Assembly: GCA_003516025.1 (NCBI GenBank)
Contig: CP023991.1
Location: 721,374-753,373 of the forward strand
Length of the DNA: 32,000 bases
Direction: 5' to 3'
Origin: Candidatus Saccharimonadota bacterium
GTDB lineage: Bacteria > Patescibacteriota > Saccharimonadia > Saccharimonadales > UBA4665
Position numbers and translations under genes: made by a program. Positions 7,529-16,274 of this stretch are shown piece after piece. Position 1 is the first letter of the stretch, and each line of letters opens with the position of its first letter. The notes beneath the pieces are model-generated. The model did no database searches, was not told where the DNA came from, and was given only the letters and a program-made list of their open reading frames with translations.

Positions 7529-8899
7529 ATGGAAGCTACGGCATTATTCTGGAAACGACCGTACACCGATCATACAAAGCGTATGGTGTTGGGTTTATTG
7601 CTGGTAATATTGGGGAGCCTGTTGTTTGTTACCGGTCACAGTGACGCAACGACGGCCGCTTCATGCCAAAAGAGTGTTACCCGCTATGCCGGTACTACCA
7701 ATACCATTTATATCGCAGGTGCCGATGTAGTGTGTACTCCAGCAGACATTCAGGTTATGTATCCGTCAAGCATGAAACACCCAAAAGCACGAACTTTCAT
7801 GCTCAAGTCAAACATCGTACTCCAACAAGGCGCGACACTGATCATTAAAGGCGGAACAGCTTCCGATGCTACCACCGATGAATTCCGTATGATGTCCAAC
7901 AATAATAATATGACCAACAATTTCGTAAACATAACTGCCGATTACGGCACCGTCCATATCACTAATACTAAGGTTAAGTCATGGGATGAAGCTACCAAAG
8001 CCGCCGATACAGAATACGGTGACATATATAAGCGGGCGTTTATACGCGTCCGTTCACGGGCAATCGGAAACGTACAAAACATATCACGTATGAATATCGT
8101 TAATAGCGATATTGGATATTTAGGATATTATGGTGCCGAAAGCTACGGCCTTGCATGGAAAGTCATGGACAGTGCGTTTGATAAAGTGGATGTACTGGGA
8201 AACATTACCAATAGTCGTATCCATAATAACTATTTTGGTGTGTATACCTTTGGCGCCTTCGGTATGGTTATCAATCAAAATGAATTCGATCATAACATTA
8301 AATATGGTCTTGATCCGCACGATGACTCGGATTCATTGAAGATCACCAATAACTCTTCACACCACAACGGTGACCATGGCATTATATGCTCGCAGCGCTG
8401 TGACAACTTACTAATTAGCGGCAATAACTCCTATAGCAATGCCGGGCACGGCATCATGCTGCATCGTTCAGTTGACAACTCAATAATCGAAAACAACACG
8501 GTTGCCTATAACGGCGACACCGGCATCGCGCTGTTTGAAAGTAATCACAATATCATCCGAGGCAATCTGGTAAAAAGTAACAAAAACGGTATCCGCCTGT
8601 CAGTTGGGTCATCATACAATTTATTTGAAAATAATATTATAGAAAAGACTAAAGAAATTGCAATCTACACCTATAAGGGAAGCGACACACCCGTACGTAG
8701 TGATGGTATAAATGCCGGCAATGCCTGGAAGACAAATACCGTTACCGGCACCGGTTTACTGGTACTGCAACTTACTGCTACACATGGTGATCAGTTTAAA
8801 AGTAATAGTTTTGCTGGAAATCCATTAGCCGGTTATGACACCAACCGAGTTACTAACACATCGTTTGTTAGTAACTCAACCGACTTAAACAATCTCTAG
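7529..8899 (+). CDS. Membrane-anchored/secreted right-handed beta-helix protein, second AlgG/AlgE-like C5-epimerase homolog
   Basis: N-terminal hydrophobic anchor MVLGLLLVILGSLLFV. YGLDPHDDSDSLKITNN...DHGIICSQRCDN with DPHD at 8312-8323. It is a paralog of the 5851-7515 product (NNYFGVYTFGAFGM vs HNYFGAYTFGASGM). Confidence 0.6.
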   Translation: MEATALFWKRPYTDHTKRMVLGLLLVILGSLLFVTGHSDATTAASCQKSVTRYAGTTNTIYIAGADVVCTPADIQVMYPSSMKHPKARTFMLKSNIVLQQGATLIIKGGTASDATTDEFRMMSNNNNMTNNFVNITADYGTVHITNTKVKSWDEATKAADTEYGDIYKRAFIRVRSRAIGNVQNISRMNIVNSDIGYLGYYGAESYGLAWKVMDSAFDKVDVLGNITNSRIHNNYFGVYTFGAFGMVINQNEFDHNIKYGLDPHDDSDSLKITNNSSHHNGDHGIICSQRCDNLLISGNNSYSNAGHGIMLHRSVDNSIIENNTVAYNGDTGIALFESNHNIIRGNLVKSNKNGIRLSVGSSYNLFENNIIEKTKEIAIYTYKGSDTPVRSDGINAGNAWKTNTVTGTGLLVLQLTATHGDQFKSNSFAGNPLAGYDTNRVTNTSFVSNSTDLNNL

Positions 8900-8916
8900 C
8901 CGACCGAGCTGTGATA

Positions 8917-8956
8917 ACGTAAAATAGGTCTCATAGAAGACTTATTTTACGTTTTT
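8917..8956 (+). terminator. Rho-independent terminator of the synthase-epimerase operon
   Basis: 15-bp stem ACGTAAAATAGGTCT (8917-8931) / AGACTTATTTTACGT (8938-8952) with one G-U pair that only works on the plus strand. The loop is CATAGA, followed by a T-run to 8956. Confidence 0.75.
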
Positions 8957-8985
8957 GCCAATTAATTTCTCTTATGCTTTATACT
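8955..8985 (+). promoter_or_regulatory. Promoter of the PL7 lyase gene, leaderless layout
   Basis: TTGCCA (8955-8960), a 19-nt spacer (long), then TATACT (8980-8985), then exactly 7 nt to ATG 8993. There is no SD. Confidence 0.4.
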
Positions 8986-8992
8986 ACTGCGT

Positions 8993-9931
8993 ATGAAGTT
9001 CAGCCGTATCCAGATATGTAGCCTGCTAAGCTTTATCGTAATCATATTCCTGATTAGTGCCGTAGCAGTCTACAACAACTATGGCACCATACCATTATCA
9101 CCGGTTACCGTTACCTCACAGAAAATAAATAATCCACAGATTGCAACTCAACCGGCAACATCCCAGACTACTACGAATAAGCAAACTGCACCGCCAAGCG
9201 CTTCCCAGTCTAGTTCCGCCGCCGCCCCATCAGTAGAAATAAAACCTCAGCCTGTACGGCCTGTAATCAATGCGCCATCCCAACTTATTGACCTGTCTAA
9301 CTGGTATGTAACACTTCCAACCGACAATGATGGCAATGGAAGGGCTGATGAAATTCACCAGCCCTCATTGGCAGGCTTCAGTGTGGCACATTATTTTATG
9401 CTTAACGATGCCCGCAATGGCATCATTTTCCAAGCTCATGCCGGAGGCGCTACAACATCAGGCTCACATTATCCACGGAGTGAACTCCGAGAAATGGCTG
9501 ACAACGGCACAGTCAAAGCGGCATGGTCCAATACCAGTGGCAGTCATAGTATGACCGTAACGGAAGCAATTACCCATTTACCATCTGCTAAGCCGGAGGT
9601 TGTAGCGGCCCAGATACATGATGCTAACGATGACGTCATTATGATACGGCTGGAAGGACGGCGCTTATTCGTAGAAAGCGATGATGGGAAAAATAGCGGT
9701 GACCTCGATACAGCCTACACACTTGGCACTACCTTTACAGTTCGTATTCTTGCCGAAAATGGCCACATATACGTTTCATACAATGGCGTAGCTAAAGTTG
9801 ATCTTGCTCGGAGCGGCTCAGGATTCTATTTTAAAGCCGGCTGTTACACGCAATCCAACACTACAAAAGGCGACAGCGGCGATGCGTACGGCCAGGTTAT
9901 TATGTATGGTTTAAGCGTTACACACTCGTAG
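8993..9931 (+). CDS. Polysaccharide lyase family 7 (alginate/polyuronate lyase-like), membrane-anchored with S/T/P/Q-rich linker
   Basis: All three PL7 signature blocks are present. R-S-E-L-R-E lies at 9476-9493, Q-I-H at 9611-9619 and Y-F-K-A-G-C-Y-T-Q at 9827-9853. N-terminal anchor LLSFIVIIFLISAVAV. Confidence 0.75.
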   Translation: MKFSRIQICSLLSFIVIIFLISAVAVYNNYGTIPLSPVTVTSQKINNPQIATQPATSQTTTNKQTAPPSASQSSSAAAPSVEIKPQPVRPVINAPSQLIDLSNWYVTLPTDNDGNGRADEIHQPSLAGFSVAHYFMLNDARNGIIFQAHAGGATTSGSHYPRSELREMADNGTVKAAWSNTSGSHSMTVTEAITHLPSAKPEVVAAQIHDANDDVIMIRLEGRRLFVESDDGKNSGDLDTAYTLGTTFTVRILAENGHIYVSYNGVAKVDLARSGSGFYFKAGCYTQSNTTKGDSGDAYGQVIMYGLSVTHS

Positions 9932-10394
9932 CGGCGATTTGGCTGCTTTTAGCAATGATGGCAGTAGTACTAGTTACCTTCGGCGCGTCCGATACGACAA
10001 CCCTTATAGTAGGATTGATAGTAGAAAGATAATTTTTTATCTGTGGCGAGACAGCTTCATAGTTCAGCAGCAGTATGTCAGGCTTAACGGCTGTCAGTAT
10101 TTTTGGATCGTAGTGCGGTACACTATCGATAAACACATAGTCTACGTATCGTATGGCAGCAATTAACTTAGCGCGATCGTTTTGAGCATTAATAGGACGG
10201 GCAGGGCCTTTTTTCTGCCTGACACGCTCGTCACTCGTTACGTGCACAATCAGTGTTTCGCCGTATGCTTTAGCTTCACGCAAATGATCAATGTGGCCAC
10301 TGTGTAGAATGTCGAATACTCCGCCGATTAAAACAACGTTATGCAAACTTGGACGGATTGAGGCAATCTCAGCCAAAGAATAAAGCTTTTCCAT
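9918..10394 (-). CDS. Cytidylyl/adenylyltransferase family protein (TagD / RfaE domain II-like)
   Basis: VLIGGVFDILHSGHIDHLREAK matches the G-x-F-D-x-x-H-x-G-H nucleotidyltransferase motif. The product is 158 aa. It overlaps the PL7 gene end convergently by 14 nt. Confidence 0.65.
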   Translation of the reverse strand: MEKLYSLAEIASIRPSLHNVVLIGGVFDILHSGHIDHLREAKAYGETLIVHVTSDERVRQKKGPARPINAQNDRAKLIAAIRYVDYVFIDSVPHYDPKILTAVKPDILLLNYEAVSPQIKNYLSTINPTIRVVVSDAPKVTSTTAIIAKSSQIAATSV

Positions 10395-10455
10395 ATAATT
10401 ATTTTTACATATTATATTATATATGTCAATACATAATTGATACTATGCATTACTA

Positions 10456-10484
10456 TTGATCATTTATACAATTCATGATATAAT
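10456..10484 (+). promoter_or_regulatory. Strong extended -10 promoter, leaderless layout
   Basis: TTGATC (10456-10461), a 17-nt spacer, TGaTATAAT (10476-10484), then 7 nt to ATG 10492. Confidence 0.55.
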
Positions 10485-10491
10485 TACCCCC

Positions 10492-11232
10492 ATGAATAAA
10501 GCGGGAGTGCTTTTCACTAAAACTAACGTAGACACATCCCAGCACGCCGGCAGTCGGCCTGAACATACCGCTGCCTGGTCGGATTGGGCTATTAAGCGCG
10601 CTCCGGAACTACGGGCAATGCAACAAGCTGGGTTACTCGGAAGTGAAAACCGCGCCTGGCGTAACGTAGCGGAGCACTGTCTAGTAGTCAATGCGACAGC
10701 AATGTTTATTGCCACACATATCAAAGTCGCAGGCACCGCCCTTGATAGCCACCTCATAGACCAGGGAAGCATGCTCCATGACGCAACTAAACGACTCGAA
10801 AAAGAACAGGGAGTCGGCTACAGTAACGAGCATGGTTCGCCGCTTAGAAAAAACTTTTTATCGCTACTTGGTTATCCAGAAGAAGTAATTGCAGTCACCG
10901 AGTATACGGGACGCGTACCTGAAATGTTCATACAAGACACCACTGAGCGCCACGCAGCCATTCAGGCTCAGCCGCTTGAGCAGCTCGTTGTCGCCTATGC
11001 CGATGCCCGGGTTCGCAATGTAAATATCGTACCCCTCGAGCAAGCACGCGACATGAACAAGCAAAAAGTTCCTGCCGATGCGACGGTATACGATCAGTGG
11101 TACGACTTTTACCACGATGTAGAAAACCGTATCTTTGCAACAATTGGCAGAAATGCCATTTGCGCTGATTCACTTAACAATGATGCAGTGATTACTATGG
11201 TGCAACAAACGTATCAAAATAACGGTGCATAA
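10492..11232 (+). CDS. HD-domain phosphohydrolase
   Basis: NVAEHCLVV ... GSMLHDATKR gives the H...HD metal-binding pattern. The start is moved from the track's TTG 10456 (which is the -35 box) to ATG 10492 (MNKAGVLF) because of the promoter geometry. Confidence 0.6.
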   Translation: MNKAGVLFTKTNVDTSQHAGSRPEHTAAWSDWAIKRAPELRAMQQAGLLGSENRAWRNVAEHCLVVNATAMFIATHIKVAGTALDSHLIDQGSMLHDATKRLEKEQGVGYSNEHGSPLRKNFLSLLGYPEEVIAVTEYTGRVPEMFIQDTTERHAAIQAQPLEQLVVAYADARVRNVNIVPLEQARDMNKQKVPADATVYDQWYDFYHDVENRIFATIGRNAICADSLNNDAVITMVQQTYQNNGA

Positions 11233-11288
11233 CGGGGCTAGCCCTGACTTTAAATTAAATTTAAGGTACAACAGGTACACTTAGTGGC

Positions 11289-11960
11289 ATGAGAATACTT
11301 GTAGTCGAAGATGAACACCGCATTGCCCACGCTATTAAGGAAGGCCTGGAGCAGGAAACTTACGCCGTTGACGTCTGTTACGACGGGGAAGATGGTTACA
11401 ACACAGCTACGGCCGACGATTATGATTTAATCATTTTAGACGTCATGATGCCGCGAATGAACGGCTACGAGGTCTGTCGTAAGCTGCGCGAGAGCGGTAA
11501 CCACACGCCCGTCCTAATGCTGACGGCCAAGGACCAGAACCGCGACATCGTACAGGGACTGGATAACGGTGCCGACGATTACTTAGCCAAGCCATTTTCG
11601 TTTGAAGTATTACTGGCGCGTATTCGGGCGCTGCTACGCCGGCCCCATGAAACCGCCAGCGAAACACTGCAGGTTGGCGACCTGACCATGAACCCGGCCA
11701 GTCATCAGGTAGCCCGTGGCGGCATGGTGATTAATTTATCCAGCAAAGAATACGCAATTTTAGAATATTTGTTACGCAATCCGGGCAGAGTGCTCAGCAA
11801 AAACAACATTATGACGCACGTTTGGGATTTTGACGCCGACATCTTACCAAACAATGTCGAAGTGTTCATAACCTACTTGCGCGCCAAAGTCGACAAGCCC
11901 TTCGATGGGCCGGGTTTAATTCAGACCGTAAGGGGATTTGGGTATAAGATTGAAGCGTAG
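11289..11960 (+). CDS. OmpR/PhoB-family response regulator
   Basis: The REC domain has MRILVVEDE, DLIILDVMMP and LTAKD. The C-terminal winged helix ends in TVRGFGYKI. TACACT lies 7 nt before the ATG. Confidence 0.9.
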   Translation: MRILVVEDEHRIAHAIKEGLEQETYAVDVCYDGEDGYNTATADDYDLIILDVMMPRMNGYEVCRKLRESGNHTPVLMLTAKDQNRDIVQGLDNGADDYLAKPFSFEVLLARIRALLRRPHETASETLQVGDLTMNPASHQVARGGMVINLSSKEYAILEYLLRNPGRVLSKNNIMTHVWDFDADILPNNVEVFITYLRAKVDKPFDGPGLIQTVRGFGYKIEA

Positions 11961-11961
11961 C

Positions 11962-12999
11962 ATGATGCACCACGTCAACCGCGTACGTAGCTTTGCCCGA
12001 ACCAGCACCGCCCGGTTGAGTTTGTCATATCTGGCTATCATTATGCTCATGAGCATCGGCTTCAGCATTGTCTTTTATAATGCCTCGAGCCATGAGTTGG
12101 GCCGGCCACCGCGCGACGATAGTTCGCAGTCAGCCGATCCGACGGGATTCGGCCCTCGCTATGCCCGGGATCCGCAGTTCGATGAGTTTTTGCAGCAACG
12201 CGCCGAAGAAGGCCGCCAGGCGCTCCGTAACCGGTTAATCGTGCTTAACCTGGCAGCTCTCGCGGCAGGTTGCGCGCTCAGTTATTATCTGGCGCGCCGT
12301 ACACTGCAACCGATTGAAGCCAACATGGAGGCGCAGGCCCAATTCGTATCTGATGCCTCCCACGAACTGCGTACGCCACTCACCGCGCTGCAAACTACAA
12401 ACGAAGTGGCTTTACGGAAACCGAAACTAAGCGCAGCCGAAGCCCGCGACCTACTCGAACACAACGTGGCCGAAGTGGCTAAACTGCAATCGCTGACAGA
12501 CGGGTTGCTAAAGTTGGCGCGCCAAGACAATCAACCGGTTTCCCATAGCCCTGTTTCACTGCAAGAAGTTACCGGTGATGCCATGAACACTATCATCCAC
12601 CAGGCCCAGGCCAAAGATATTGCCATCGAGGATAACGTGCCACCAATGTTAGTATCAGGAGATCAGCCCAGTTTATCCCAAGCCGTAGTCATACTGCTGG
12701 ATAACGCCGTTAAATACAGCCCTCAAGGCAGCACGGTCCATCTTTCGGCCAGTCAGCAGGGCAAGTACGCCTTATTGGCGGTTCGCGATGCCGGCCAGGG
12801 TATTTCCGCTAAAGACCTGCCGCATATATTCGACCGCTTTTACCGTGCCGACCAGTCCCGCAATAAACAAACTGTCGACGGTTACGGCATCGGCCTCAGT
12901 ATGGCTAAGAAAATTATTGATCAGCACCACGGTGAAATAATCGCCAGCTCGGTAGAAGGTAAAGGATCGGCATTCACGCTCAAATTACCACTCAGCTAG
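11962..12999 (+). CDS. Sensor histidine kinase (HisKA + HATPase_c)
   Basis: H-box SDASHELRTPLTAL, N-box LDNAVKY, and G-boxes RDAGQGI and GYGIGLS. One N-terminal TM segment. ATG 11962 (1 nt after the regulator stop) is preferred; the track's TTG 11938 is an alternative. Confidence 0.85.
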   Translation: MMHHVNRVRSFARTSTARLSLSYLAIIMLMSIGFSIVFYNASSHELGRPPRDDSSQSADPTGFGPRYARDPQFDEFLQQRAEEGRQALRNRLIVLNLAALAAGCALSYYLARRTLQPIEANMEAQAQFVSDASHELRTPLTALQTTNEVALRKPKLSAAEARDLLEHNVAEVAKLQSLTDGLLKLARQDNQPVSHSPVSLQEVTGDAMNTIIHQAQAKDIAIEDNVPPMLVSGDQPSLSQAVVILLDNAVKYSPQGSTVHLSASQQGKYALLAVRDAGQGISAKDLPHIFDRFYRADQSRNKQTVDGYGIGLSMAKKIIDQHHGEIIASSVEGKGSAFTLKLPLS

Positions 13000-13161
13000 C
13001 AAGTCTATTGACATAAGCGCTATTACACCCGTTGTCAAGGGCATCTATCTTCATGCCACAATGTTACGCCCCTATACTCCAGGTTTTACGGCTTTAAGTA
13101 ACTTTTAATCCGTCCTCAGTATCCTCAAAGCATAACCAAATGTAATACAGGATATACAGCA

Positions 13162-14544
13162 ATGAATGTACTAAGTCGGGGCGTTCGAAATGCCTTCCGG
13201 AATAAAATCCGGACATTTTCGATTGTAGTAATTGTGGGCCTTAGCGTCGGCATGGCCCTAGCCATGCTAGTGGCGCGCCAGGCAGTGACTGATAAGATTA
13301 CCAGCGTTAAATCCAGCGTCGGTAACACGGTCAGCATTTCGCCAGCTGGTGTCCGCGGCTTTGACGGCGGCGGCAACGCCTTAACCGCGGCTGACATCGC
13401 CAAGGTGAGCAGCCTCAGCCATGTAACATCGGTTACGCAGAGCCTCAGCGACCGCTTAACAACCAGCGACACCGATCTGGAATCAGCCGTTGAGGCCGGC
13501 GCGCTGGGCCAGCGCTTTAACCGCGGTAGCGGTACGACAGGGGGCGATATGCCGACTCCGCCAGCCGGCGATGGTACCGCTACAGACGGCACTACAGCTA
13601 CTCAAAGCTTTACGCCGCCGGTCACCGTCATTGGTGCTACTGATCCGGAAACCGCGCTCAGTACCAGCCAAGGGGGCGGAACATTTACGCTGACCAGCGG
13701 TGAAGTCTTTGCCGGCGACAGCAGTGAAAACGTTGCCGTAATCGGTAAAGGACTAGCCGAAAAGAACAGCCTGACGGTCGGTTCAACCTTCCAGGCCTAC
13801 GGCCAGACCATCAAGGTCGTCGCTATCTACGACGCCGGCAATACCTTCAGCAACAACCAGGTGATAATGCCGCTCAATACAGTGCAGACCCTGAGCGAGC
13901 AAGCAGACGCTGTTACCAGTGCGACCCTAAACGTTGATTCCATCGACAATGTGGCCAGCGTAAGTAGCGCCGCTTCCAGCGCCCTCGGCGACACGGCTGA
14001 CGTAACCAACGCTTCCGAGCAAGCTGAAAGTGCCGTCGCGCCGCTCGAAAATATCCAGACTATTTCACTGTACAGCCTGATTGGCGCCCTGATCGCCGGC
14101 GCGGCCATCATATTGCTGACCATGGTCATGATTGTCCGGGAACGCCGCCGTGAAATTGGCGTCATCAAGGCCATCGGCGCTTCAAACTTGAACGTCATGA
14201 CACAGTTTGCTTCTGAAGCTGTAACTTTTACGGTACTTGGCGCTATCATTGGCATCGTGTTCGGCCTGGTAGCCGGCAACCCGATTACCCAGCTACTGGT
14301 TAACAACTCTGCCAGCAGTACCGCAAGCGCAGCCGGCGGCCCCGGGATGGGTGGTGGCCAGGGAATGGGCGGCCGAGGAATCGGTGCGGTTGGACGCACG
14401 GTAACCAACGTAACCGCGAGTGTCGGCGTCGACATCATCCTATACGGTCTTGGCGTCGCCATCCTGATCGCCATCGTGGGCAGCGCCCTGGCATCATTCT
14501 TCATCGCTAAAGTAAGACCAGCAGAGGTCATGCGGGCCGAGTAA
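13162..14544 (+). CDS. ABC transporter permease, MacB/FtsX-like
   Basis: N-terminal TM segment, a large extracytoplasmic domain, and a C-terminal FtsX-type bundle (REIGVIKAIGAS). AGGA RBS. It is adjacent to the cognate ATPase. Confidence 0.8.
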   Translation: MNVLSRGVRNAFRNKIRTFSIVVIVGLSVGMALAMLVARQAVTDKITSVKSSVGNTVSISPAGVRGFDGGGNALTAADIAKVSSLSHVTSVTQSLSDRLTTSDTDLESAVEAGALGQRFNRGSGTTGGDMPTPPAGDGTATDGTTATQSFTPPVTVIGATDPETALSTSQGGGTFTLTSGEVFAGDSSENVAVIGKGLAEKNSLTVGSTFQAYGQTIKVVAIYDAGNTFSNNQVIMPLNTVQTLSEQADAVTSATLNVDSIDNVASVSSAASSALGDTADVTNASEQAESAVAPLENIQTISLYSLIGALIAGAAIILLTMVMIVRERRREIGVIKAIGASNLNVMTQFASEAVTFTVLGAIIGIVFGLVAGNPITQLLVNNSASSTASAAGGPGMGGGQGMGGRGIGAVGRTVTNVTASVGVDIILYGLGVAILIAIVGSALASFFIAKVRPAEVMRAE

Positions 14545-14572
14545 ATCCCGGCGCGCACAAGAAAGGAACATT

Positions 14573-15247
14573 ATGTTACAAGTAGAAAACGTTAAACGCA
14601 GTTTTAAATCCGGGGATATAACTGTCAGCGCAGTTAATGATGTCAGCTTTACCGTTCCGGACGGCCAGTTCGCCAGCATCATCGGTAAGAGCGGCTCCGG
14701 TAAAAGTACGTTGCTCAGTCTGCTGGGCGCCCTCGACAAACCAACCAGCGGCAGCATCACTATCGATGGTAAAGATATAGCTAAAATGAACGACCATGCG
14801 CTCATTGGCTACCGTTGCCAGAAAATTGGTTTCGTGTTCCAGAGCTACAACCTGGTACCCAACCTGACAGCCCTCGAAAACGTTATGCTGCCGATGGAAT
14901 TCGCTAAAGTGGGCAAAAAAGAGCGTACAGACCGGGCTGTAAAACTATTGGAGCAAGTTGGACTCACCGAGGACCAAATGACCCGTAAACCCGGTAAATT
15001 GAGTGGCGGGCAGCAGCAGCGCGTTTCCATAGCCCGGGCACTGGCAAATAAGCCGAAACTCATCTTGGCAGATGAACCAACCGGCAACCTGGACAGCCAA
15101 ACCGGCAAAATGGTTTTCGACCTGCTGCATAACCTGGCTAAAAGCGAAGACACTACTATCGTCACCGTAACGCACGACCTGAGCATCGCCGACAAAACCG
15201 ACCGGACATTCCAGCTGCAGGATGGCAAATTGACGGAGGTTAAATAG
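14573..15247 (+). CDS. ABC transporter ATP-binding protein (MacB/LolD type)
   Basis: Walker A GKSGSGKST, Q-loop, signature LSGGQQQR, Walker B LILADEPT and H-loop VTHD. Confidence 0.9.
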   Translation: MLQVENVKRSFKSGDITVSAVNDVSFTVPDGQFASIIGKSGSGKSTLLSLLGALDKPTSGSITIDGKDIAKMNDHALIGYRCQKIGFVFQSYNLVPNLTALENVMLPMEFAKVGKKERTDRAVKLLEQVGLTEDQMTRKPGKLSGGQQQRVSIARALANKPKLILADEPTGNLDSQTGKMVFDLLHNLAKSEDTTIVTVTHDLSIADKTDRTFQLQDGKLTEVK

Positions 15248-15249
15248 CC

Positions 15250-15819
15250 ATGGTACCAGCAAAAGACGTACCGGAAAGACGTGAAGTCAGTCCGGAGGAA
15301 TACCAACACATGGTTTCCTCCGGCCAAATCATGAAACCGCGGCGTACTTACGCTTTGCCAGCAGCGCTGACCGGACTTGTGCTGATCGTACTGCTGGTCG
15401 GGTTCTTCTCGGGCGTAGCGTACCAAAAAGGCAAAACCGGCACTACATCACGAACCGCGGTTACGGGCATCGATCAAAACGGCGCGATGGGAGCCAATGG
15501 TTTTGGTGGCGGTATGCGCTCGCCGGGCAGTACCGGCGAGGTAACTGCCGTCAGCGATTCGAGCATTACCGTAAATAATGTCCGTAGCGGCAGCCCTCAG
15601 ACATTTAAAATTACCGGCAGCACTACAGTCACTGACAATGGCAAGACAGCCAGTGTAGGCGACATTGAAACTGGTGATACTGTAATGATCCGTACCGGTT
15701 CAAGCGACACCGGTACCGTGACAAGTATTATGCTGAACCCATCATTCGGGGGTGCCCCGGCTAATCCGACTGATCCCGCCGGCACAACGGATACAACGGA
15801 TAGCGGCGCGACAATTTAA
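15250..15819 (+). CDS. Membrane-anchored secreted protein, DUF5666-like
   Basis: One TM segment (LTGLVLIVLLVGFF), then GEVTAVSDSSITVNN...TFKITGSTTVTDNGKTASVGDIETGDTVMI. It sits 2 nt after the ABC ATPase stop and has a GGAGG RBS. Confidence 0.45.
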   Translation: MVPAKDVPERREVSPEEYQHMVSSGQIMKPRRTYALPAALTGLVLIVLLVGFFSGVAYQKGKTGTTSRTAVTGIDQNGAMGANGFGGGMRSPGSTGEVTAVSDSSITVNNVRSGSPQTFKITGSTTVTDNGKTASVGDIETGDTVMIRTGSSDTGTVTSIMLNPSFGGAPANPTDPAGTTDTTDSGATI

Positions 15820-16274
15820 CGCGAAGCTATGCGGTGCGGCGGCAAAATGACATACTGCACCCAGTAATCCTTCAAACTGCCCATCACTTCTACCAACGCG
15901 TCGAAGCTAACGGGCTTTTTGATATATGAGTTAGCACCAAGTTGATAACAGTGTAGTATATCCTGTTCGGAGTTAGAGGTCGTAAACAGGACAATGGGAA
16001 TATGGCGCAGAGCCGCGTCAGCCCGGATTTCCGTAAGCGCTTCAATGCCGTTCTTTTTAGGCATATTAAGATCAAGTAAGATTAAATCCGGCAGGGGAGC
16101 CGTCTTTTCGGTATAGCCACCGCTACGGTTGAGATATTCCAGTAATTCAACGCCATTGTGCACAGAATAGGCCTTGTGCGGCAGGTCGCTTTTATCGAGG
16201 GCCCGTTGCGCGAGCAACAGGTCGTCTTCGTCGTCATCAACCAGTAAAATGGTTAGTGGTCTATAGTCATTCAT
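15816..16274 (-). CDS. Stand-alone CheY-like response regulator (receiver only)
   Basis: ILLVDDDEDD, DLILLDLNMPKKNG and KPV motifs. The product is 152 aa. Its start overlaps the upstream kinase stop by 4 nt. Confidence 0.85.
   Translation of the reverse strand: MNDYRPLTILLVDDDEDDLLLAQRALDKSDLPHKAYSVHNGVELLEYLNRSGGYTEKTAPLPDLILLDLNMPKKNGIEALTEIRADAALRHIPIVLFTTSNSEQDILHCYQLGANSYIKKPVSFDALVEVMGSLKDYWVQYVILPPHRIASR

Noticed and set aside
14290-14400. A Gly/Met-rich insertion (AAGGPGMGGGQGMGGRGIG) in the ABC permease.
   Set aside because: It is a short low-complexity loop between TM segments. It is insufficient to infer a function, so it is noted only as a curiosity.
13125-15426. Antisense ORFs of 155, 243 and 193 aa opposite the ABC permease and ATPase genes.
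   Set aside because: The sense frames carry unambiguous FtsX and Walker A/B/signature motifs. The antisense products are low-complexity, and such shadows are typical in roughly 55-60% GC coding DNA.
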